Source: Candidatus Cloacimonadales bacterium (lineage in GTDB: Bacteria > Cloacimonadota > Cloacimonadia > Cloacimonadales > JAFGVF01). Taken from it: 64,000 nucleotides of DNA. This document shows, piece by piece, positions 20,834 through 30,215 of this stretch. The position numbers and the translations under genes are program-made. The number at the start of each line of letters is the position of its first letter. The stretch's first letter is position 1. The notes under the pieces are model-generated. The model was not told the DNA's origin. It did no database searches and worked only from the letters and a program-made list of their open reading frames with translations. Where the stretch lies: assembly GCA_963662585.1 (NCBI GenBank), contig OY759729.1, positions 2,464,001 through 2,528,000 on the forward strand. The letters are read 5' to 3'.

Positions 20834-20887
20834 GAGCTTTAATTATAAGAAAGAATTTCTTTTAAAAAGATAGCTTCATTATTAGCT

Positions 20888-23356
20888 TTATGAGGAAGGG
20901 GTTAACTTCCAAATATCCTTAACATATTCATGGATTGTTCTATCAGAAGAGAATTTTCCGCTTCTAGCAATATTGAGTAAAACTTTATTATACCACAACT
21001 TAGTATCTTTGAAATCCTTGGAAACTGTATCATTGATTTCGCAATAGGAGTTGAAATCCTCTAAGACCATGAAGTAATCACCATTTGTAAGAAGAGTATC
21101 TAGAATAGGTTGGAAAATACCTGCTTCATTTTGATTAAAGTAATCAAGTTTTATCATATCAATTACTCTCTTTAAATCAGGATTAGAATTATAGAAGTCA
21201 TGTGGATTATAGCCATCTTGCTTCATTTTAACTACATCTTGGGCTTTTAAACCAAATATGTAGATATTCTCATCTCCAAACTCTTCTCTCATTTCTACAT
21301 TTGCCCCGTCAAGGGTACCAACTGTCAAAGCGCCATTAAGTGCGAATTTCATATTTCCTGTACCAGAAGCTTCGAATCCTGCAGTAGATATTTGTTCAGA
21401 AAGGTCTGCAGCAGGGATAATGATTTCAGCTAAAGATACAGAATAGTTGGGAATAAAGACAACCTTGAGAAGATCATTTATTTCTAAGTCGGAATTAATT
21501 TTAACTCCTACGGCATCAATAAGTTTGATTATATTTTTAGCAATATAATAACTAGGAGCAGCTTTGCCTGAGAAAACAATCGTGCGTGGAGTCCAATCAG
21601 CATCGGGATTAGCTTTGATTTGATTATAAAGATGAATAATATGTAAGATATTGAGGAGCTGTCTCTTATATTCATGCATTCTTTTCACTTGAACATCGAA
21701 TAGGGAGTTAGGATTAACTCTAACGCCAGTTAATTTATAAATTCTTTTTGCTAGTCTTTTCTTGTTTTGTAATTTAATCTCTCTAAGTTGGTTCAGAACA
21801 TCTTCATTATCATAATATTTTTCAAGTTCTTTTAGTTGGTAAAGATCCTTTTTCCAGTCTCTACCGATTAGGCCTGAGATATAATTGGAGAGGCTTTTAT
21901 TACAAGAATCTAACCAACGACGCTGAGTAATACCATTAGTTTTATTATTAAATTTGTCAGGATATAGTTCGTAAAAATCTTTAAATATTTTAGTTTTGAT
22001 AATTTCACTATGAAGCTTAGCAACACCATTCACAGAGTGGGAACCTTCAATACATAAGTTGGCCATTCGAACTTGTTTATGATCGCCTTCTTCGATGATA
22101 GACATAGTCTTAAGCTTATAAATATTACCAGGATAAATTCTGTTAACTTTATTAAGGAGTCGTAAATTTATCTCTTGAATAATCTGCAGGTGGCGGGGGA
22201 GAAGTTCTTGGAACAAATCATAACCCCATTTTTCTAAAGCTTCAGGTAGAACAGTGTGATTGGTATAGGCGATGCTTTTGGTAGTTATATCCCAAGCTTC
22301 ATTCCATTCTAATCTTTCTTGATCAATAAGAATACGCATTAGTTCTGGGATTGCCAAGGCGGGGTGAGTATCATTTAGCTGGATAGCAACTAATTCAGAA
22401 ATGTCTTTATAGTCTAGATGTTTCTTTTTGAAATTAGTAAGGATATCTTGTAGAGTTGCAGAAACAAAGAAGTATTCTTGTTTAAGTCTCAATATTTTTC
22501 CTAAATGAAAATTATCATTAGGATAGAGAACTTTAGAAATGTTTTCAGAAATATTCTTCTTCTCAACTGCTTTTATGTAATCACCTGTGTTGAAGTAATC
22601 GAAATCGAAATCATCAGTAGCCTGAGCTTGCCATAGTCTTAAAGTATTGATGTGGTCTGTTTGATATCCTAAAACAGGAATATCCCAAGCAACTGCCATA
22701 ATATCTTCTGTGTCAACCCAATAGTAGAGAATTTTACCATCTTCTCTTTCGTAGTGTTCAACTCTGCCACCAAACTTTACTCTATAAGTAATCTCAGGTC
22801 TTTTAATTTCCCAGGGATTACCATTTCTTAACCAGTTATCAGGTTCTTCTACTTGATAACCCTGTCTTATAAGTTGCTTGAAAATACCAAATTCATATCT
22901 TATTCCGTAACCCATGGCAGGATAATTATGAGTAGCAAGAGAATCCATAAAGCAGGCAGCAAGCCTTCCTAAACCCCCAGAACCTAAACCCATATCAGGC
23001 TCTAACTCCTCAATATCACTCAAGGAATAGTTTAGCTCTTTGACTAAGTCTTTAACTTCATCTAATATTCCCATACTATTCAAAGAATCAAGCATTAGGC
23101 GTCCTACTAAGAATTCCATAGAAAGATAATTGACCATTTTGGTATTATTCTTTTGGTTATCATAATCTGTTCTTAACCACTTTTCAATAAGATTATCTTT
23201 AATAGTGAGAGCTAAAGCTAAGTAAATATCACGCGCTTTGATAGTAGTTTTATCCTTAATCATCGAATATTCGAGGTGGTAATAGAATTTATCTCTTAAA
23301 CTTTTATGTTGATGTTCAATCTGATCTGAAAAAAATATTGAATCTTCTTTATTCAT
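20888..23356 (-). CDS. glgP: Glycogen/starch phosphorylase (GT35)
   Basis: GLGRLAACF, QLNDTHP, YTNHTVLPEALE, KRMHEYKRQ and the PLP-site EASGTGNMKF. Confidence 0.97.
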   Translation of the reverse strand: MNKEDSIFFSDQIEHQHKSLRDKFYYHLEYSMIKDKTTIKARDIYLALALTIKDNLIEKWLRTDYDNQKNNTKMVNYLSMEFLVGRLMLDSLNSMGILDEVKDLVKELNYSLSDIEELEPDMGLGSGGLGRLAACFMDSLATHNYPAMGYGIRYEFGIFKQLIRQGYQVEEPDNWLRNGNPWEIKRPEITYRVKFGGRVEHYEREDGKILYYWVDTEDIMAVAWDIPVLGYQTDHINTLRLWQAQATDDFDFDYFNTGDYIKAVEKKNISENISKVLYPNDNFHLGKILRLKQEYFFVSATLQDILTNFKKKHLDYKDISELVAIQLNDTHPALAIPELMRILIDQERLEWNEAWDITTKSIAYTNHTVLPEALEKWGYDLFQELLPRHLQIIQEINLRLLNKVNRIYPGNIYKLKTMSIIEEGDHKQVRMANLCIEGSHSVNGVAKLHSEIIKTKIFKDFYELYPDKFNNKTNGITQRRWLDSCNKSLSNYISGLIGRDWKKDLYQLKELEKYYDNEDVLNQLREIKLQNKKRLAKRIYKLTGVRVNPNSLFDVQVKRMHEYKRQLLNILHIIHLYNQIKANPDADWTPRTIVFSGKAAPSYYIAKNIIKLIDAVGVKINSDLEINDLLKVVFIPNYSVSLAEIIIPAADLSEQISTAGFEASGTGNMKFALNGALTVGTLDGANVEMREEFGDENIYIFGLKAQDVVKMKQDGYNPHDFYNSNPDLKRVIDMIKLDYFNQNEAGIFQPILDTLLTNGDYFMVLEDFNSYCEINDTVSKDFKDTKLWYNKVLLNIARSGKFSSDRTIHEYVKDIWKLTPSS

Positions 23357-23450
23357 CGTTTTGTGTCCTTTTAATCATATTTGACGATTCATATTAATGA
23401 ATACAGTTCAAATAGGCAAGTAATTTATTATTAATTTTTTATTACTTCAA

Positions 23451-25721
23451 TCAGTTTTGGATTGGACTTAGTATCCCTAAGGCTTTTTCTAACTCTAGGT
23501 CTCTTCCATTCTTAATATCATCAACAGTTTTCTCCACGATTACATCAGGAATGATACCTACACCAAAGAACCTACTCTTATCTGGATTCCTCACCAACAT
23601 TCCTGTCCAAGAAGCTTTAAGATCTCCAGGTAGAGGTGTATCAATAACATTGCCATTAGCTCCTGCAGTAGGCTGACCAACAAGAGTAGCCAATTTATTG
23701 TGTTGTAAGACAGAAAGGTATGCTTCACAGTAACTCTGTGAATTCCTCCCACATAGAGCGATAATCTTTGCTCCTATATGTGGTTCAGCAGGTTGTAATG
23801 CCCAAACTAGCCTATCTTCATTAAGTCTAGGTAATTCTTCTTTTGGCTGTATATATCTTTTTATCACTGGGCCTGTAAGAGAATCAGCTTCCGTTAGTAA
23901 GTTGCTAAGTAGTTTCGGTGATATACTTGGGTAAAATCTTAGGTCTAAAATAATTCCCTTAGCATTTAACAAATCTGGCATAATTTCATCTAACTCTTTA
24001 TCGTTCATTATATTGGCATTTAAATATACAATCTCATTAGGGTAGTGGATTACTTTCTCAGGTTTTGTTAATAAATTTTTTAATACATATTCCACTGAAG
24101 GTATTTCTTTTGTGTATTCAAATTCACTCTTTTCGCTAGTGGTTTTAAATGTAAAATTGGCAACAGAATCCTGATATGTTCTCATAAAATTTCTAAATAA
24201 CCTAAGATTCGTTGTCTCTGAATTAGAAGAGATATAGTATGGTCTATTTTCTTGCATCAGTTTACTAAAGTTTTCTCCATTGATTTTGACCACTTCGTCT
24301 CCTAAAAGCGAAGCCAGTGAATCATCTAAAACAGAAGTAACTAACCACTTGCCATTGATGGGATAGGTATTAAATGGGGGCAACTTAGTGTTTAATGAAC
24401 TATCACTTAAAAATGCATGCCCATCTTCTGTTTTGGACATCAAGAGTCTTAAAGCTTGCCTATACTCCAAGAAATTCTTGCTTTCTAATGTTCTATCCAG
24501 ACAAAGAGACAGTTCATTATCCCAATCACAGATATTATATTCAAAGTAGGGATAGAAGAAATTCAATTCATTCCAATACTTTATTATACCTGCAAACCAA
24601 ACCCCTCGGTTATCTCTGTTATGCATATCATAAACAGAGTATTTTTGTTTCAACTCATCAAGTTTAGTCTTATCAGCTATCGGATAAGTGTGTTTCATAT
24701 CACACTGTAGCACCATAGGAAAGTAACAATTTAAGCCTGGGATGAGTTCTTTATCCAGTACTTGACCATAAGGAAGTTCTTCAGAAAATATTTTATCAAT
24801 AAACCCAAGAGTGTAATTCTCTGCTGAGTTTGTCTTTTGGATAGACATTCTCTTGTTACCCATATTGTTTTCTATCAGAATATCAACATTGCTACTAATA
24901 CCTCTATTAATAGGTGAAATATTAACTATAAAGTTACTAGGTAAATCACCAATATCTTCTTTAGAAAAATCTGAAAAAAACACCCTACGCCATGTTCCCT
25001 TATGCCACTCTTCTACTAAGAAATCATCTAGCATAAGATGTTCTAAATTAACAAATGACATCGCTAAAGGTTCATTCTGTTTTGCTTTACCTTCCAGTTC
25101 AAAGCTCTTTTCTGTCCAACCACTTTGACTTAGCTCTTCTCCAACATAATCTCCTCCAAATAGCACATGGATGGCGGTGGCAAGTGAATCACTATCAGCT
25201 TTACAAATTTTGAAAGACACTCTAATTTTCGTATCTCCATCTACATAATTTGGCAATTGGGGACATAAGATTGTCCATATTGGTTGTCTCAGTGGTGTTT
25301 TATCTATTTTCATGGGGCGATTTGTTCTTATTGACCTGTAGACAGAAGGCCTGTTAATATTATTATACCCTTCATATTGCCAAAAAGTAGTTTTACGACC
25401 TGGAAGAATATCACCTAAGGTTAAATCAGGTTTAGTTTGTGAATATAGCTTCAAATCTGGGACAATTGGTAGAAAAAGATCGCTTAATAATTTACTAAGT
25501 TCTTCATTATTACGGGCAGGCATTACATACTGAGAGCCATAAACTGCAAAACTATCCCAGTCAATATCTTGAGCTTCATCTGAGGGATAAAAATGTTTAA
25601 CGAAGCCATAGAGTTTGGTGAATGCGGTGAGATTATCTACTTTCTTATCCTCTACAATTTTATTGGTAGAACATGAACAGACAAGTAACAATACTAGCAC
25701 GAAAAAAGGTACTTTTAACAT
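23451..25721 (-). CDS. S41 family peptidase, lipoprotein
   Basis: Lipobox VCSC; LYGFVKHFYP, DGHA, ILDLRFYP, SQSYCE, GQPTAGANG and GIIPDV motifs. Confidence 0.85.
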   Translation of the reverse strand: MLKVPFFVLVLLLVCSCSTNKIVEDKKVDNLTAFTKLYGFVKHFYPSDEAQDIDWDSFAVYGSQYVMPARNNEELSKLLSDLFLPIVPDLKLYSQTKPDLTLGDILPGRKTTFWQYEGYNNINRPSVYRSIRTNRPMKIDKTPLRQPIWTILCPQLPNYVDGDTKIRVSFKICKADSDSLATAIHVLFGGDYVGEELSQSGWTEKSFELEGKAKQNEPLAMSFVNLEHLMLDDFLVEEWHKGTWRRVFFSDFSKEDIGDLPSNFIVNISPINRGISSNVDILIENNMGNKRMSIQKTNSAENYTLGFIDKIFSEELPYGQVLDKELIPGLNCYFPMVLQCDMKHTYPIADKTKLDELKQKYSVYDMHNRDNRGVWFAGIIKYWNELNFFYPYFEYNICDWDNELSLCLDRTLESKNFLEYRQALRLLMSKTEDGHAFLSDSSLNTKLPPFNTYPINGKWLVTSVLDDSLASLLGDEVVKINGENFSKLMQENRPYYISSNSETTNLRLFRNFMRTYQDSVANFTFKTTSEKSEFEYTKEIPSVEYVLKNLLTKPEKVIHYPNEIVYLNANIMNDKELDEIMPDLLNAKGIILDLRFYPSISPKLLSNLLTEADSLTGPVIKRYIQPKEELPRLNEDRLVWALQPAEPHIGAKIIALCGRNSQSYCEAYLSVLQHNKLATLVGQPTAGANGNVIDTPLPGDLKASWTGMLVRNPDKSRFFGVGIIPDVIVEKTVDDIKNGRDLELEKALGILSPIQN

Positions 25722-25777
25722 AAAACTCTCCTATTTCAAAATAACTTTTTATATTATTCCGATCTTCTTATTTTATG

Positions 25778-26665
25778 TCAAGTTTTTTTTAGTGTAATTA
25801 TCACAATTTCGGGGGGACAGAAGAATCTGGCATTTATCCAAGTATTGCCTACTCCAGCAGTTGTATATCCCTGCATCTTCTTATAATTCCATAAAGAATA
25901 GGAGTATTTACGAGGGAACTTAGTGAATCTGACGATCGGGACTCCACCTGGGTAACAAATTTGTCCGGAATGTGTATGGCCAGCTAAAAGAAGATCATAT
26001 CCCTTTCGTTGAGCATCCTTGTAGATATTGGGAGAGTGGGCTAAGAGGATTCTAAAATCATTATGTTCAATAGGAAGTTCAGGGAATTCATGAGACAGAT
26101 AACGATCTGAATCATCAATACCTGTGATAGTGAGAGATTCTTGCCCTCGCTTAATTTTAAAATATTCATTTAATAGCATATTTATTCCCAGGTCATTAAG
26201 AATCTCGGCGATTTTATACTCATCATGATTTCCTAAAACAGCATATACTTTTGAGGTGTTGATATCTTGAAACAACTCTGTGTATAGCGATTTAACCACA
26301 GGATAATTCCCAAATGCATTAACTTGATAATCTCCACCCAGCAGGTAAATATCTACCTGCTCTCGCTTAAGAATAGCTTTTATGGGTTTTATTATGGCCG
26401 GATTGCCGTTAAGATGGAAGTCTGCTATAAACATTATTTTAAAATTATTAAATTCACTACCTATATTTGGATGGGTTATTTCTATTTGTTTGGTAATAAT
26501 CTTTTGAGCATTACGATAACCTAAAGCTGCTAATCCAGTTCCTTCAAAAATGTATTTGATTACCTTGGAAATAGGATGAGCTTTTTTATGAGTATGTGAT
26601 TTTTCTTTTAACCATTCTTTGATTCTCTGTTCACGGGCTAAGCGTTTGGGGTGAATCTCTTTCAT
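25778..26665 (-). CDS. Calcineurin-like metallophosphoesterase (YkuE-like)
   Basis: DFH, GGD, GNHD, LAHSP and GHTHSGQ motifs. Confidence 0.9.
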   Translation of the reverse strand: MKEIHPKRLAREQRIKEWLKEKSHTHKKAHPISKVIKYIFEGTGLAALGYRNAQKIITKQIEITHPNIGSEFNNFKIMFIADFHLNGNPAIIKPIKAILKREQVDIYLLGGDYQVNAFGNYPVVKSLYTELFQDINTSKVYAVLGNHDEYKIAEILNDLGINMLLNEYFKIKRGQESLTITGIDDSDRYLSHEFPELPIEHNDFRILLAHSPNIYKDAQRKGYDLLLAGHTHSGQICYPGGVPIVRFTKFPRKYSYSLWNYKKMQGYTTAGVGNTWINARFFCPPEIVIITLKKT

Positions 26666-27816
26666 TATTCTAAACTATTATTCCTGTCATAGTGGAGTTT
26701 GAAGGATTTAATCCCATAAAACATACTTTCAACTAGACTATCCTGATAGCTATCATTATTGAGTTTTATTCCCTCTTCTTTGTTAGAAATAAAGCCTAAT
26801 TCTAGCAAAACAGCAGGCATAAAAGCACCACGCAAAACAAAGAAATTAGCTGATTTGACTCCACGATCTCTAGCTTCAGTCTCTAAAATCATATTATTCT
26901 GGAATTTATAAGCTAGATTAATACTCTCTATTAGTTGAGCGGATTGAATTAAATCACTGATAACATAATCAGCTTGAGTATAATCTTGTAATGCTTCTTG
27001 ACCTTCAAATTCTTCCACAACAGAGTTTTCTAAGGCTTGAGCAGCCCTTGATTCATCATTTTTTGCTTCTGAAAGATAATAGACTTCAATTCCATGAGCT
27101 TTTTTATTCTCAGCAGCATTAGTATGAATTGAAATAAACAAATCTGCTTCATTAGCATTAGCAAATTCTGTTCTCTCTCTCAAAGAAACAAAAGAGTCAT
27201 CTTCACGGGTTAAAAGAACTTTAACATCAAATTCACTCTCAATTCTTGCTCTTAACTTCTTAGCAAGTGATAGAACTATATGCTTTTCTTGTAGTCCATT
27301 AGCACCCTCTGCACCAGGGTCTTTTCCACCATGACCAGGGTCTAAGACTATTACTTGAATAGATGACTTATTCCTTTCATTTAAGATAAGAAAATCATCT
27401 CGATAGGCTACCGATTGAGGGAATATCTGGGGAAAAATATCTTTTAAAAAGTGTTCTGGAAGGCAATAATAACCATCGATATAGACAATGGGATAATAGA
27501 AGTTATAATACTCATCTTCTAGCAATCCAGTTTGACCATTATAGCTGGCTACATGAGCAAAAGAACTCTCTAAACAGAAAGATATCTCTTTCTTAAAAAT
27601 ATAAAAATTTAGACGATCATCCAAGAGAATCTCTTTAATCTGACCATCTACTACTGAATTTAAGTCATTAAGTCTGAAATAGTTTATTTTATCATGCTCA
27701 AATGTCTCTATAAGATAGTATTCATCACTACCTGCAAACTGTACTTTTATTTGTCCAAACAGAGAGAAAAGAGAGGCTAGAAAGATTATTATAAATAGAT
27801 ATTTTTTAAGTTTCAT
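26665..27816 (-). CDS. N-acetylmuramoyl-L-alanine amidase (Amidase_3, AmiC-like)
   Basis: LDPGHGGKDPGA, E-K, SIHTNA and LELGFISN motifs; signal peptide. Confidence 0.93.
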   Translation of the reverse strand: MKLKKYLFIIIFLASLFSLFGQIKVQFAGSDEYYLIETFEHDKINYFRLNDLNSVVDGQIKEILLDDRLNFYIFKKEISFCLESSFAHVASYNGQTGLLEDEYYNFYYPIVYIDGYYCLPEHFLKDIFPQIFPQSVAYRDDFLILNERNKSSIQVIVLDPGHGGKDPGAEGANGLQEKHIVLSLAKKLRARIESEFDVKVLLTREDDSFVSLRERTEFANANEADLFISIHTNAAENKKAHGIEVYYLSEAKNDESRAAQALENSVVEEFEGQEALQDYTQADYVISDLIQSAQLIESINLAYKFQNNMILETEARDRGVKSANFFVLRGAFMPAVLLELGFISNKEEGIKLNNDSYQDSLVESMFYGIKSFKLHYDRNNSLE

Positions 27817-27821
27817 CTGTA

Positions 27822-28298
27822 CTAAAATGCCATTTTCTTGGCTCTATCAGCATCGCGTTGCTGATCTTTCTTTTGCATATCTTCGCGTTTATCATAGTTT
27901 TTCTTACCCTTAGCCAAGGCTAATTCTACTTTGCAAAGACTCTTCTCATTTATATATATAGAAGCAGGAATTAAGGTCATTCCTCCCTCTATAATCTTGG
28001 AGTTAATCTTCTTTATCTCTCTTCTGTTAAGAAGTAATTTACGCGGACGAGTAGCTTCATGATTGAAATAGGTAGTCTTTTCATAGGGCGAAATGTGCAG
28101 ATTTAATAACCACACTTCACCTTGCTTATCTACTTTAGCAAAACTATCCTTGAAACTTACCTTACCTTGCCTAATAGACTTAATCTCAGTTCCTCTAAGG
28201 ACTATTCCAGCTTCGTAAGTCTCAATAAAAAAGTACTCATGGCTTGCTTTTTTATTCCGTATAGACCTCAATCTATCATTATTTTTTTGTTTTGACAT
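27822..28298 (-). CDS. smpB: SsrA-binding protein SmpB (ATG at 28298 preferred over TTG at 28310)
   Basis: NKKASHEY, EAGIVLRGTEIKSIR, RKLLL and KGKKNYDKRE motifs. Confidence 0.97.
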   Translation of the reverse strand: MSKQKNNDRLRSIRNKKASHEYFFIETYEAGIVLRGTEIKSIRQGKVSFKDSFAKVDKQGEVWLLNLHISPYEKTTYFNHEATRPRKLLLNRREIKKINSKIIEGGMTLIPASIYINEKSLCKVELALAKGKKNYDKREDMQKKDQQRDADRAKKMAF

Positions 28299-28464
28299 AA
28301 TTATTACCAATCTTTCTTAATTTATGGTGAAGTGATTAAGTTCCATTCTGAAAAGTGCTAATTAACCAACTTTCAACCTTTCAATCCATTATCAGTTAAG
28401 ACTCAAAAATGTCAAATGATATTTAAATTTTCCCTTATTTCAAGGTATTTGGTGGGGGAAATAA

Positions 28465-28588
28465 GATTTTTTAGCAATTATTATTTTTCTATTAAACCCT
28501 TACAGGGTTACACAAATATTGGTTTGCCATACCCAGGGTCAATTTTTCTTCAAAAAATGAGCCCCTGGGCTAATCTATTTAATCCCTT
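28465..28588. repeat. Multi-hairpin intergenic repeat, copy A
   Basis: Near-identical to 29897..30021 and 35754..35875; hairpins AACCCT-TAC-AGGGTT and CCCAGGG...CCCTGGG. Confidence 0.92.
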
Positions 28589-28632
28589 GGTGATATTTTC
28601 TTAATTCGTGAAATTAGTGGATAGATTCTATC

Positions 28633-29760
28633 TCATTTCCCTATTCTCAGTTCTCCATCCTCAAAGATATGTAATATTGCTTGATTCTTATCATTATAAA
28701 GTATTACTTGATAACTGTCTGGACTAATGAATATTTTTGTTCTCTTATCCCAAAGCTTTTGATTTGCATCTTTGTTAAAAGGAATTTCTCTTTTATATTT
28801 ACTAAGAATATTCAAGCTATCACTATAGAATCCGAATTGCATAAAGTACTCTTTTTGGGCATAGTAGATTTCTCGCATGTACTTCTTTTCTTGAGTAAGT
28901 GGGTCTGGAATAAACTTCATAAGCTTGTCTCCGACATAGTTATGACTAAACATCACATTACCCCACATTTCTGGATAGTGCATAGCGATTAAGCCTTGGG
29001 GAGACCAAACAATATTCATTTCAGACAAAGGTCTTTTAGTTTCAGGATTAAGCTTTTTTGTGTAGCCATCTTCTTGCTTTTCTAACTGCCAATGAACCCT
29101 AGAAAAGTTAATCTTCCAAATATCCTTATCAACTGGAGGAGTTTTTTTGTGAGCAGCTTCAGCTAAAGATTCCCAAGGAATAGCAATTTCTACAGACCAA
29201 TATTCATCGGTATCTGAAGGGTCATTGAGAGTTCCTTGCAAGTGAACAGCTGTTTGCAGTCCTTTTATATCCCAACTATTAAAAGCCACTTGACATCTAT
29301 CTCTATATGGCTTAATCACTAAGAGATCCCAGACAGTATTAAGAGCATTTAGTTCTAGTTCATAATAATCATGACTATCACCATCAGGGTCGATAAAGAC
29401 TTCAAAATCATTATCATGGAAGATAACAGCATCTCTTTGAGTGATAGAAGCCCATAAATCAGACTCTTCTAAATAAGCACCAAAGTAAAAATAGTCCTTA
29501 TCCCAGAGCATTTTAGCTTTGGTAATAAAGGGGGGAATCGGCTTTAAGCTTCCTTCAATATCCACAAAATCTTCTGTCCATTTAGAATTAAGCCAAGAAG
29601 CTTCATCTAGTTTTCCATCGATAGTCAGTTTTTCCTTACTTTGGTAACAGACATAGTTAAGTGGCTCAATATCAAGCATAGGAATAGGGAATTTCCTTTC
29701 ACCTACAAGTGCTACCGTTAAAAGACATATTAATAAAGTAATTCCATATTTTTTCATCAT
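28633..29760 (-). CDS. Carbohydrate-binding family 9-like (CBM9-like) exported protein
   Basis: IDGKLDEASW, DNDFEVFIDPDGD, WSVEIAIPW, NFSRV and MHYPEMWG motifs. Start placed at 29760 after AAGGAG, giving signal peptide MMKKYGITLLI. Confidence 0.85.
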   Translation of the reverse strand: MMKKYGITLLICLLTVALVGERKFPIPMLDIEPLNYVCYQSKEKLTIDGKLDEASWLNSKWTEDFVDIEGSLKPIPPFITKAKMLWDKDYFYFGAYLEESDLWASITQRDAVIFHDNDFEVFIDPDGDSHDYYELELNALNTVWDLLVIKPYRDRCQVAFNSWDIKGLQTAVHLQGTLNDPSDTDEYWSVEIAIPWESLAEAAHKKTPPVDKDIWKINFSRVHWQLEKQEDGYTKKLNPETKRPLSEMNIVWSPQGLIAMHYPEMWGNVMFSHNYVGDKLMKFIPDPLTQEKKYMREIYYAQKEYFMQFGFYSDSLNILSKYKREIPFNKDANQKLWDKRTKIFISPDSYQVILYNDKNQAILHIFEDGELRIGK

Positions 29761-29872
29761 TATACTCCTTTTAGTACTCTTGCTAGCAAGAGAAGTTTTG
29801 TTTATAGGGGGCCTATTGCCATAAACCCTCTTCTGTCGGACGGTGGAGATTCTCTCCACCTCATTGCGAAGC

Positions 29873-30028
29873 TGTCCAGTCCTAAATAATTTGACTGATT
29901 TTTTAGCTATTATTATTTTCTCTATTAAACCCTTACAGGGTTACACGAATATTGGTTTGCCATACCCAGGGTCAATTTTTCTTCAAAAAATGAGACCCTG
30001 GGCTAATCTATTTAATCCCTTTGGGATT
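29873..30028. repeat. Multi-hairpin intergenic repeat, copy B (longest)
   Basis: TGTCCAGTCCTAAATAATTT leader (shared with copy C), the core shared with A and C, then AATCCC-TTT-GGGATT. Confidence 0.92.
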
Positions 30029-30033
30029 TAATA

Positions 30034-30168
30034 ACTGGGGTTACGGACCTTTAGTCCGTGATTCCAACAGTCTGTATTTCAGACTGTTTTTAATTAATCC
30101 CTTTGGGATTTAAGATATATCATTACCTCGCAATAATGCGGGCTGGAAGCCCACATTCCCAGTTAAGA
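30034..30168. repeat. Additional REP-like hairpins
   Basis: ACTGGGGTTACGGACCTTTAGTCCGTG, AACAGTCTG-tattt-CAGACTGTT, a second AATCCCTTTGGGATT, and ATGCGGGCTGGAAGCCCACATTCCCAGTTAAGA, which shares TTCCCAGTTAAGA with 12189. Confidence 0.7.
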
Positions 30169-30184
30169 AGCCCCCCATCTTTTA

Positions 30185-30210
30185 ATTCTCCATTCTCCAT
30201 TCTCCATTCT
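30185..30210. repeat. 7-bp tandem repeat (ATTCTCC)n
   Basis: ATTCTCC-ATTCTCC-ATTCTCC-ATTCT immediately 3' of the GH20-GH130 stop codon. Confidence 0.8.
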
Positions 30211-30215
30211 TAATT

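Noticed and set aside
28416..28604. 62-aa ORF and its twin at 29843..30031
   Set aside because: Both are chance translations of the hairpin repeat; their similarity reflects the DNA repeat.
27822..28630. tmRNA (ssrA) or an integration site next to smpB
   Set aside because: No tRNA-like GGGG...TCCACCA ends, integrase or att duplication were seen.
29761..29859. N-terminal extension of the CBM9-like ORF
   Set aside because: A strong RBS and signal peptide begin at 29760; the extension runs into hairpin DNA.
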